Assembly (NCBI GenBank): GCA_043228905.1
Contig: JBHGNT010000609.1
Span: forward strand, 1 to 19,398
Length of the DNA: 19,398 nucleotides
Origin: Azolla caroliniana
Taxonomy: Eukaryota > Plantae > Polypodiophyta
Direction of reading: 5' to 3'
The first letter of the stretch is position 1. Each line of letters starts with the position of its first letter. Made by a program: the position numbers and the translations under genes. Of the stretch, positions 1 through 8,790 are shown in pieces. The notes under the pieces are model-generated. The model worked only from the letters and a program-made list of their open reading frames with translations. It had not been told where the DNA came from and did not search any database.

Positions 1-2
1 AC

Positions 3-1245
3 GGGCTTCAAGGGAGTATCCACGGGATATGGCAGCAAAATTCGACGTGGGAGGCATTTGAAGAGGCGCTAAAGACCACGTTTGCTATCAAGGACTCCTC
101 CAAGGCAACGAGGAGGGGATTCGAAGATTGGGTGGGAACACCGGATAAGGGGATGAAGGTCCTCGATGTGTTTTCGTCATTCGAAAGTCAGTTCGGGAGG
201 TTGTCTGCGAGAGATCAAGGTATCCTCGCACCTGACAAAGTGATCATGTTGCTACGAGCCGTGCACATCCGGGACCGGAAAGATCTTGGAGTGCTTTTGG
301 AGGACACGACCACTGAGAGTGGCCTCACCGAAACATAGGAAAGAGTCTGGGATATCGTTGCGCGATACATGAAGAGGGGGCAATGGCTGGCTAATGAAGA
401 AAAGAGGGTTTCGAAACCGATTCCGAAACCAAGATCCGGACTGGAAGACCATGAACCGCGGGCTTGGGAGACTACGACCGAGAAGGGAATCGACGCAACC
501 ACGGTGGAGCAGTTGCTGAAGGAGATAGATTGCGACGAGCACAAGGAGGCGTTACGACGAGATCTTATCTACTACGAGGGAAATCAGATTCATTCAATGG
601 ACTCTCGAAAGCTTCGGGAATTACTCGGAATTGCGAAAAAGGAGTTCCACGATCTTCTTGTGGATCTCGTGAAGCGAAAAAGACAAAGTACGGAGGAAAA
701 TGCTCCAAGGGTGAATGCAAATACGATTTTAATGAATGACACCGAAGTGGAGGAAGAAATTCCGAACTCCCACTAGACAAGGCCACACTAGGCACGTGCA
801 ACTACGGAGACTCCGGTCCGAATCGGCAACATCAAAGAGCCCGTGCTAGCATTGATTGATCACAGATCGGAGATCAATTTGATGTTCAAGGAGTTCTACC
901 GGGAAGGGGAAGTGGTCTATAAACATTAACCATGGATGCAAGATCAAGGAAACCACTAAAGCAACGGAAGATCTATTTGCGGCTTGTCCGAATGTGACGG
1001 TGAAGATCGGGGATGTCGAGATCGACCAAAATTTCTTCGTACAAGGTGAGGTCTCACATTCCGTGATCCCTGGGCAACCCTTTATCACAGCTTCACGGAT
1101 GGAGACAAAGGTGCTCGATAGAGGTGCGGCTTTCGCACGAATTCAGAGCCAAAGCGGAGGGAAATCCGTCCAATTCCTAACTATGCCAGCAAATCATGAA
1201 ACGAACAAGACAGAGCTCTTGTCCCAAACAAGGATGGAGTTTTAG
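3..1245 (+). pseudogene. gag: Gypsy gag-aspartic protease (disrupted)
   Basis: Gag-like WEAFEEALK...ATRRGFEDWV; protease motif LALIDHRSEINLM (DHGS in copy G2) and VIPGQPF; in-frame TAG stops at 336 and 774 and a frameshift within the protease; natural stop TAG at 1243-1245. Confidence 0.85.
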
Positions 1246-1299
1246 AGTGGATTGTTGCGGAGTGGGGAAGTGATAGTCCGAGAAGCCCTGATACCCCAC
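1236..1299 (+). promoter_or_regulatory. Putative -1 programmed ribosomal frameshift signal (degenerate slippery heptamer plus H-type pseudoknot)
   Basis: G GAG TTT TAG. Stem 1 is GGATTGTTGC (1249-1258) with GTGATAGTCC (1270-1279), using GU pairs. Loop GTGGGG (1262-1267) is complementary to CCCCAC (1294-1299). The -1 frame is open from 1242 into ORF 1362..1862. Confidence 0.7.
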
Positions 1300-3019
1300 A
1301 CAGGAAGAAAACTCTCGAAGCAAAACAAGTACGAATCAGTCCGGATGGGGCATCTACGTACATGGCCGTAACTGGAGGAAAGAAGAAAGAATACCGAAAA
1401 GTAGAGGATAAGTTGCGGTCGGCATCAATAATAAAAGAGGACGAAGAAATTGTGGGGGTAGTCGAAGAAGTGTTCTATGGCAGCACACTACAACGGCTTG
1501 AAGAGCTTTTGGAGGATAAAAGCCAAGGAGACCGGGTAGTCCCGGTGGAATCGGTCGAGATGTACGAGATCATTGTGAAAATGGGGCTGGATGCGCTCCA
1601 CAAAGAAGAAGCAATGGTAAGTACGAAATACAAGACCATGGAGAAAAAAGTGAAACCGGCCGCGGGTCCGTTACCCGCCAATAGCGAGCAAAAGAGGAAA
1701 GAAGTCTCGGGAGATCTGACACTTCGGAAGTCCGTGGATATCGGACATGCCTTCATGGATGAGACCTGGAAGAAACTTCGGATCGGGGGAGGTGGTTTCC
1801 TTTTACAAAATGAAGAAGAACAATTCTGTGGGATGTTGGAACAACATGAGCAACTTTTGTGAAAATCAAACAAAAATATTGGTGGAAGAATATGTACAAA
1901 GATATAGTGGAGTTCATGGAAAGCTACAAGAAGTGTCAAATCTACTCTCGAGTTCGACACCGAGATGAGTTACATCTGACATTCTCACTGACAATCAACT
2001 TTAAATGGATGGTCGACATTATAGCCATGCCAACCGGGATTAGACAAAAGAAGTACTTGGTGTTAGCTCGAGAAGATCTCACAAATCAAGTAGAAGGTCG
2101 GGTGCTACGAAGGAAAACGTGTTCTGCGGTATGCCAATTTCTTTTGGAGGAGGTGTTTTGCAGGTACGGGTGTGTAGGACAAGTGATTGTGGATCGGGGA
2201 GAACTTGACTCTGATAAAGCTAGGGAATTCTTCACCAAACATGGAGTTCGGTTAACACTAACAACGACATACAATCCGGAGGCCAACGGGAAAATCGAAC
2301 GAGGACATAGTCTGATCGTCAAAGCACTTGCCAAAGCATGCGAAGGAAGGGTGAAGGATTGGTCGCAGATGCTCCCATATGCACTATGGGCGGATCGGAC
2401 GACACATAGCTCTATAACCGGTTATATGCCGACAGAACTTATGACCGGACAATCACCGGTAATGCCGATGGAAGCCGCGATCGCGACATGGACAATGCTA
2501 CCGTGGAAGGAAGAGATGAGCCGGGAAGAACTACTAGTGGTCCGGATACGAAAACTAGAGGGAAGACCGGAAGACATAGCGGAAGCAACACGCCGGCAAC
2601 AAGAAGCGCGATTTTGGAACAAAAGCCGGTTTGACACAAAGCACCGATTACGACCATGAAAGATTGAAGAAGGAGATTGGGTGATTGTCTATGACAGTAG
2701 TTTTGATCATAAACATACAATGATACGGAAGTTCGCGAAAAGGTGGTTCGGGCCATATGAGCTTCGGAAAGTTTTCGACAACGGAACTTACCGACTATGC
2801 GAGTTGGATAGGATGATACTACGAGTGTCTATAGCGGGGAAACGGGTAAAGATCTTCAAGAAGCGGATTGACGACGAACCCTTTGTAACCCTAGACAAGA
2901 CCGACAACGAGGAGCAACCGGACAAAGGTCGCGGTGATGTGGAAAGCGAAGAAAGTGGACTTCAACTCGTAGTCGACATAAGGGGAGAATCAGAGAGTGC
3001 TACGGATGAAGGCGAATAA
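1242..3019 (+). pseudogene. pol: Gypsy pol remnant: pre-RT linker fused to integrase (RT and RNaseH missing)
   Basis: TKYKTMEKKVKP linker, then a jump near 1850 to YWWKNMYKDI...CQ (zinc-binding part). DDE core: WMVDI, IVDRGE, NGKIERGH. Stop at 2657, after which KRWFGPY continues in the same frame to 3019. Confidence 0.88.
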
Positions 3020-3063
3020 TGAGCATCAGGAACATCGACACATACCAGAGGATGTGCAGGTTT

Positions 3064-3075
3064 GGAGGGGGTGAG
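3064..3075 (+). promoter_or_regulatory. Polypurine tract of G1
   Basis: GGAGGGGGTGAG lies immediately before TGTCGTAG. Confidence 0.8.
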
Positions 3076-3328
3076 TGTCGTAGTGTAAATCGCACACTCT
3101 GAGAAAATTGCATTTTTGGTGCCTCCGGATGGGACATGGAGACCCAGCAAGAACTGAATGAAGAAGGCAAGTGAGAGCAGGTGAGAGCTGATGAGAAACG
3201 GTAAGGAGGAACCGGTAAGGAGACCCGGTAAGAACCGTATCAAGCATAACTGACAAGAACCGGATAAAGAAGGCTGGTGAGAGTCTCTCACCAGATGAAG
3301 AGACAAATTTATAAATAGAAGAAAAGGT
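3076..3328 (+). repeat. Partial 3' LTR (U3) of G1
   Basis: Starts TGTCG after the PPT; short (A)ACCGGTAAG repeats; TATA-like TATAAATAG near 3309-3317; composition changes abruptly at TGTTACA (3329). Confidence 0.65.
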
Positions 3329-4096
3329 TGTTACATGCACAGGGCAAAATTCCAACCCTCTACCTTCACATAAACAGACCCCAATCTTACCATTGTACTA
3401 ACTTATCCTAAGAGTTCTAAATATAGATTTAATACATATAAGACCTTTATTTACGCCTACCTTTATTAAAAGGTAAGTCATGCATTTTTAGAATGTGTGA
3501 ATAGTTATAAAAAAAATGTACATCGATAAAAAATTACTCATGCACATCTAGCGAGCATGAGCACTATATTTAGGAAATAAAAGCATAGTGTAAAAAGCAA
3601 CTCATGCACATTTAGTGTGCATGAACACTTTAGAAAAAGCATGAAGCTATGCTTAGCCTCTTCCATCCTTATATGAGGAGAGAAAGATGTATGATGTAGT
3701 TGATTATTTCACAAGGATTGATCAATCTAATATATTCGTGGAATTCACGAGTTTATCATAAAAATTCTCTTCCTTACCATATAAATATTGATTAATACAC
3801 TAAAAATGTGGGATTCATAAGTTTTTATTTCTTGCTTCTCTTTATACCTATTCATAACTAACATTATATTGTATTCTTCTTTCTCCTAGTCCAAAACCTT
3901 AGTGGTTCCAACCCGACTCACGCAATGATTCGCCGAAAGGCACGACAACGGTCTTTCAGTGTCTAATCCCTTTGTCGCACAGGTATTGTTTGAAGGCTCA
4001 GGGGGTGTATTCTCCTTTGTTGTCGGATTAGAGTGTCTTTACTTTGTATCTTGACCGGTTCTCCACGTCAGCTACCCACCAAGTGAAGACCAACGC
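3329..4096. other. Unassigned AT-rich non-coding segment, probably an LTR or fragment of another element inserted in the G1 LTR
   Basis: Begins TGTTACA, has no ORF and is AT-rich; no matching terminus could be identified. Confidence 0.3.
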
Positions 4097-5477
4097 TATC
4101 GTGTGATTCTTCACACACTATGTAAAAAAATAATGAAATAATTATTTTAGATTAGATTAGTGTCTTGGTATAAAAAGATAGACATCTTTAAGAGCTTCAA
4201 AACGCATTTTACTACATATAAAATGGACTACTACATATCAAGTTATGTAAATATGAAGTTTAAGAAAATAGGGAAAATAGAATTATAAAATATCCCACAT
4301 AGATAGGAAACTTTAGGATCTAGCTATATAAGTAGATTGAGAACCATTAGTCTTCATCTATGTGTTGAGAGCACAAAAGGAATGGTTAGACTTGGGCCAA
4401 AGGTGGCTAAGTCGTTGGATGTGGCTAAGTTGCTTGAACTGGTTGACGATGGAACTCGAACCGGCCGGCCATGGAATAAGAACTGGCTGGTGACAGAGCC
4501 AACAACCGGCAACCGACTGAACCGGTGACAGAACGGAACTAGAACCGATTGGCGACGGTACCGGTGATGAAGCCGGGAACCGATGAGGGAACGAAACTTG
4601 CGATGGAACCAATCGGGAGGGAATTGGACCGGTGATGGCGATCGAACCGGGCTGGACGGAACTGGACGACGATCGAATCGGGCCAGATGAAACCGGGGCT
4701 GACGGATCTGGCCGAACGGAACTGGAACTGGACCGGATGGAACGGGCTAGATGCAACCAAACGGATCATGTGGCGAACTAAAGTAAAGGTTATGTGAACG
4801 TATGCAACTAAAGTCAAACTTTATGTAAAGTAAAGGTCATGTGGATGCAATTGAACTGAAGATGGAAATTGGAGTTCCTTCATGCAAGTGCGAGAAGGGA
4901 GGAGAAAAGCTAGCTCTCGATGATCCATAGAGAAGAATGGGCCTTAGGGGATCGAAACCATCTTTTGGGGGGAGAATAAAAAGACCCTAATTTCCTTACG
5001 AAAGCCATAAACCCTAATTTCCTTACGGAAGGCATATCTCTCAAAAACCCTAATTTCCTTACGAAAGCCATATCTCTCAAAAACCCTAATTTCCTTACGG
5101 AAGCCATATCTCTCAAAACGCCTAATTTCCTTACGGAAGCCATAAACCCTAATTTCCTTATGGAAGCCATATCTCTCAAAAACCCTAATTTTTCTTACGG
5201 AAGCCATATGACCCAAAAACCTTAATTTTCCTTACGGAAGCCATATCTCTAAAAACCCCTATTTTTTTTTATCTATTAATCTCTTTAAACCTAAACTTCT
5301 GTAATCCCAATCTTAGGATTGATTGTAATTTTTGTTTTCCTTTGCTAATGAAAAATTACTAAATTTTCTCGTTTCTGTTAATTGTTAAAAGTATAAACGC
5401 ACGAATATGATGTCCTCTAGTCGGAGGCCCCGGGGAATTGCCTCAAGTTCACGTATCCTTGTCGTACTTTCGCGACA
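4097..5477 (+). repeat. 5' LTR (about 1381 bp) of the non-autonomous element
   Basis: TATCGTGTGATTC...CGCGACA; aligns to 6747-7564 (about 19 substitutions in the first 295 bp by eye); followed by a PBS. Confidence 0.85.
4982..5262 (+). repeat. Tandem array of 27/36-bp units, consensus AAACCCTAATTTCCTTACGGAAGCCAT(ATCTCTCAA)
   Basis: Units start at 4982, 5009, 5045, 5081, 5117, 5144, 5180 and 5217, with a partial unit at 5253. Confidence 0.95.
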
Positions 5478-5481
5478 TCTT

Positions 5482-5499
5482 TGGTGAACCCGTCGTGAA
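5482..5499 (+). promoter_or_regulatory. Primer-binding site complementary to the 3' end of tRNA-Trp
   Basis: TGGTGAACCCGTCGTGAA lies 4 nt after the LTR terminal CA. It matches the reverse complement of the plant cytosolic tRNA-Trp 3' end (TGGTGAACCCGACGTGAA, recalled from memory) at 17/18. Confidence 0.78.
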
Positions 5500-5694
5500 A
5501 CGAGGCGACAGGAGGATATCTTATGGAGGCATATAGATACAAAGAGCCGAAGAGATGCAACCTATACGAGTTCGACCAATGGGTATCAACATGAGCAAAG
5601 CTTGCATGATCAAGGGAGATAAAAAGTGTGAGGCCTACATGATTGAGGAGATAGCCACGAAAAATGACACCGAGTTAGAGGTGGCTATGATTCT

Positions 5695-6622
5695 ATGAAC
5701 GAGTTAATGGTGGATGGCAGTGTCAAGATTTTCTCCACACTTGTTCTAGAGACTTGGGCAGATGCATCGGAAAGCAAACGTAAGACCCAAGAGACGGAAG
5801 GTGGCGGCGAGGAAGTGAAGGCTGAAGCTAACACATGCGAGGAAGAAGGAGACGTCAAGCCAAAGAGGGTAGATGACGATCATGAAGAGAATTTCCCCAC
5901 AAAGGTTCTTGACACTTGGGCATTAACCAATGTAAGACCCAAGAGACAAAAGGTGGCGGCGAAGAAACAAAGGTCAAAGCCAATGTGGACAACCATAAGG
6001 TGGAAGCCGCTAAGGCTGGCACGACAAAGACAAACTATGAAAACGTTTGAGAGACTTGGGCATTAACCAATGTAAGACCCAAGAGAAGGACAGTGGTGGC
6101 GAGCAAGCAAGGGTTGAAGCTAATGCGACCGACAAAGAGATAGCCAAGGAGATGTCTATGGACAACATGACAAAGGCAAAAGCCAATAAAGATGAGAAAT
6201 TCTTGACACATGTTTCGGAGACTTGGGCAATTGCATCCAAAAGACAACGTGAGACCCAAGAGACGGAGAGTGGCAAAGTAGCAAAGATTAAAGACAATGC
6301 GAATAAATACATCAAGGTGAAGATGGATATGAACGATGTGATGGTAAAAAGCCATGCAGACGCTTTCCTAACACTTCATCTAGACACTTTGGTAGTTGGG
6401 TATGGGAACCAACGTGAGACCCAAGAGACAGATGGTGGTGAAGAGGAAGAGAAGGACCAAGACAATACAAATAATGACATAAGCCCAAGGAAGGAAAGAG
6501 TGAACAATGACCAAGGAGATGGCCGAGACGAAGATGGCACATGCACGAGGTGTGAAGCATTATGCTCAAGAGGAGCAAAGAGAGCCATGAAAATCGATCA
6601 TGGAACTACAAAGAGTGAATGA
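5695..6622 (+). pseudogene. Repetitive charged (E/K/D-rich) reading frames of unknown function in the element interior
   Basis: ORFs 5695..6066 and 6047..6622 share the motif ETWA.AS..(K/Q)R(K/E)TQETE(G/S)G; the frame is broken by 10-nt deletions in repeats 2 and 3. Confidence 0.4.
5749..6450 (+). repeat. Five degenerate 140-167-bp internal repeats
   Basis: The core GAGACTTGGGCA...CGT(A/G)AGACCCAAGAGA..GGTGG recurs at 5749, 5911, 6051, 6218 and 6383. Confidence 0.85.
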
Positions 6623-6734
6623 AGAATATGGTGGATCGGATGGCAATGGTGGTTCAGGTACATCGATGAAAAAGTAAAGTAATCAAAACAGGAGCGTCAC
6701 CAAAATTGGCACATATCGGTGGATGTGCAAGTTT

Positions 6735-6746
6735 GGTGGGGGCGAA
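6735..6746 (+). promoter_or_regulatory. Polypurine tract of the non-autonomous element
   Basis: GATGTGCAAGTTT-GGTGGGGGCGAA-TGT mirrors G1 GATGTGCAGGTTT-GGAGGGGGTGAG-TGT. Confidence 0.78.
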
Positions 6747-7564
6747 TGTTCTGTGATTCTTCACACAATGTAAAAAAATAATGAAATAATTACTTTAGAT
6801 TAGATTAGTCGCTTGGTATAAAAAGATAGAAATCTTTAAGAGCTTCAAAATGCATTTTACTACATATAAAATGGACAATTACATATCAAGTTATGTGAAT
6901 ATGAAGTTTGAGAAGATAGGGAAAATAGAATTATGAAATATCCCACATCGATAGGAAACTTTAGGATCCAACTATATAAGTAGATTGAGAACCATTAGTC
7001 TTTATTTATGTGTTGAGAGCACAAATGGAATAGTTCGACTTGGGCCATTTTGTCCAAATGGACAGATGTGGCCAAGTTGCCTGAACTGGTCGACAATGGA
7101 ACAGGAACTGGCCGGCGATAGAGCCGACAACCGGCAAACGGGAACCAGCAACTAGGAGTCGACAACCGACCAAATCGATGATGGAACAGAACTAGAACCC
7201 GTTGGCGACAAAACGGAATCGACGACAGAACCAATTGGGCGGGAACCAGACCGGTGATGGCGACCGAATCGGGCCAGATGCAATCGGGCCGGACGGAACC
7301 GGAACCGGACCGGACGGATCATGTGGAGAACTAAAGTAAAGTAAAGTAAAGTAAAGTAAAGGTTATGTGAACGCATGCAACTAAAGTCAAACTTTATGTA
7401 AAGTAAAGGTGATGTGGACGCATACAATTGAAGTGAAGATGGAAACTGGAGTTCCTTCATGCAAGTGTGAGAAGGGAGGAGAAAAGCTAGCTCTCGATGA
7501 TCCAAAGAGAAGAATGGGCCTTGGGGGATCGAAACCATCTTTTGGGGGGAGAAAAGAAAACCCT
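6747..7564 (+). repeat. 3' LTR of the non-autonomous element (truncated)
   Basis: Colinear with 4097-4988; homology stops at AAAACCCT, where the tandem array would begin. Confidence 0.85.
7332..7361 (+). repeat. (TAAAG)6 microsatellite
   Basis: Six units here versus two at the equivalent position of the 5' LTR (near 4779-4788). Confidence 0.9.
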
Positions 7565-7574
7565 TCTTCTTCTT

Positions 7575-8396
7575 GTCCCTTGGGAGGAAAATTCAGGCAG
7601 CACCCAACTGAAGGTGTTGATGTGGGAGGTTGTAGGATCTGACTCTCTCATCTTCATATTGAGTAGTTATCGAATCAATATGAGTTTTGACGAAGATGAC
7701 GTCTTTTCATACGCTGCTTGCAACTTCTCCCATGATGAGAAAGTATCATGGGAATGTTGTTGTCTCTTTGGCCATGCTGAAATAGAAATTCTCGGCCAGA
7801 TGCATTCAGATTATGGAGCAGGCAAATTCGTCTAGTGATCTCCACTATTTAGTTGAAATCATAACAGGTTTTTCGCTATGTCGAATTGCTTTGACTTGTC
7901 TTGTCTTCTAATGATCAACACCTCCTACACCATCTCCTTCCACAAGGAATTTTTTTTGCCATTGAACTTTCAGATTTCAACTCCTGTTACGGATGTTGAA
8001 GCCATGTTCTGTAGGAAGTACGATTTAACTGACCTAGTATTTTCCTTCTGTTGGATAACTTCTCCTCTTTTTCTACTATTCGTCGTTGCTGAACGAAGAA
8101 GTCTCTCTAATAACAATTGTTGGTTATGATGTTTGATGTGTATGCAGAAGTATGAGGGATATGTCGGTTATGTGCTCAACAAACAGCAACGAAGGTATGG
8201 AAGGAGAATAGACTGTAGCATAGATACAATTTACAACTATAATGGAAGCTTTCATTATTTCTCTGTTCTCTCTCTCTTAGAGACTCGGGATACAAGAATG
8301 ATCAAGATGCTCTTAGTTACAACGTTAATTTATTGCTTATATACTAAGCCCTAACTATTTGGATAAAGTGGAAGTATTCGTTCTTTTATGCCAACA
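7575..8396 (-). mobile_element. 5' fragment A of a short-LTR Ty1/Copia (Tnt1/Tork-like) element: LTR 8118-8396, degenerate PBS 8105-8115, gag from ATG 8005
   Basis: LTR TGTTGGCATAAAAG...CA is homologous to 9345-9641; TGTTATTAGAG is a decayed tRNA-iMet PBS; the disrupted gag is colinear with 8818..9243. Confidence 0.82.
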
Positions 8397-8775
8397 ACTT
8401 GCCTTCATCGAATTATCCTTGTGCTTCATCACAAAGGCTGAACCCAATCCATTTCCACTCTTTCTGGTTTCGGATCCTTCTAATCCTTCGGCGTAGTATG
8501 AGCATTTCCAACTCCCCTGTTCAGCCTTGCCAGATCTGAATTTGTCTCAATCGGCGCCTTCTTCTAGCACTCGCTCTTCTTGCCACGATACCAACATTCC
8601 GTCTCGGCCTATCCTTGTCGGTGTTTGGTGCCTCCTTGGCTCCCCCTGTTTCCGGAGGGTCCGGAATTGCTGTCGGCATTTCGATTATGCCTTCTAGTTT
8701 GCTCCTATCGGCCACCTCCATTGCGTGCCGACCCGCCTCATCCGTTACTTGGTTGTCGACGCACCACGTGGTTTG
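8397..8775 (-). pseudogene. gag: Fragment of a different Copia gag C-terminus (decayed zinc knuckle and gag-protease linker)
   Basis: The minus strand reads RRHNRNADSNSGPSGNRGSQGG...ECWYRGKKSEC*KK (eroded CX2CX4HX4C), then YAEG...SAFVMKHKDNSM. Confidence 0.55.
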
Positions 8776-8790
8776 GGGTTCAATTCTACA

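Larger units (their letters stand above)
1..3328 (+). mobile_element. Degenerate Ty3/Gypsy LTR retrotransposon, copy G1 (non-chromovirus type; 5' end outside window, RT/RNaseH deleted, 3' LTR interrupted)
   Basis: Order gag, aspartic protease, linker, integrase, PPT, LTR start TGTCG. The integrase has a GPY motif and an acidic tail, with no chromodomain visible. Confidence 0.92.
4097..7564 (+). mobile_element. Non-autonomous Gypsy-derived LTR element (LARD-like), 3' LTR truncated
   Basis: Two direct repeats starting at 4097 and 6747; PBS after the first and PPT before the second; 1.27-kb interior without PR/RT/RH/INT motifs. Confidence 0.85.

Noticed and set aside
2850-3019. Chromodomain or env-like ORF after the Gypsy integrase
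   Set aside because: The tail is short and acidic without chromodomain aromatic residues, and the PPT follows within about 45 bp.
4910-5216. Repetitive ORFs 4910..5179 and 4944..5216 as proteins
   Set aside because: They are a by-product of 27/36-bp units being multiples of three, within an LTR.
4982-5262. CRISPR-like or telomeric array
   Set aside because: Units are contiguous with no unique spacers, there are no cas genes and the context is eukaryotic. AAACCCT occurs once per unit rather than as tandem telomere repeats.
5749-6450. Repeat-spacer array resembling CRISPR
   Set aside because: Repeats are long and degenerate, and the intervening sequence is itself partly homologous; it is a decayed tandem duplication.
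7409-8354. Short + strand ORFs as host genes
   Set aside because: They span LTR/gag junctions or are antisense to Copia gag; there is no sign of a host gene.
8518-8790. Possible solo LTR (TG...CA flanked by CCCC)
   Set aside because: The interior translates on the minus strand as Copia gag with a decayed zinc knuckle continuing past 8518, so the termini are probably coincidental.
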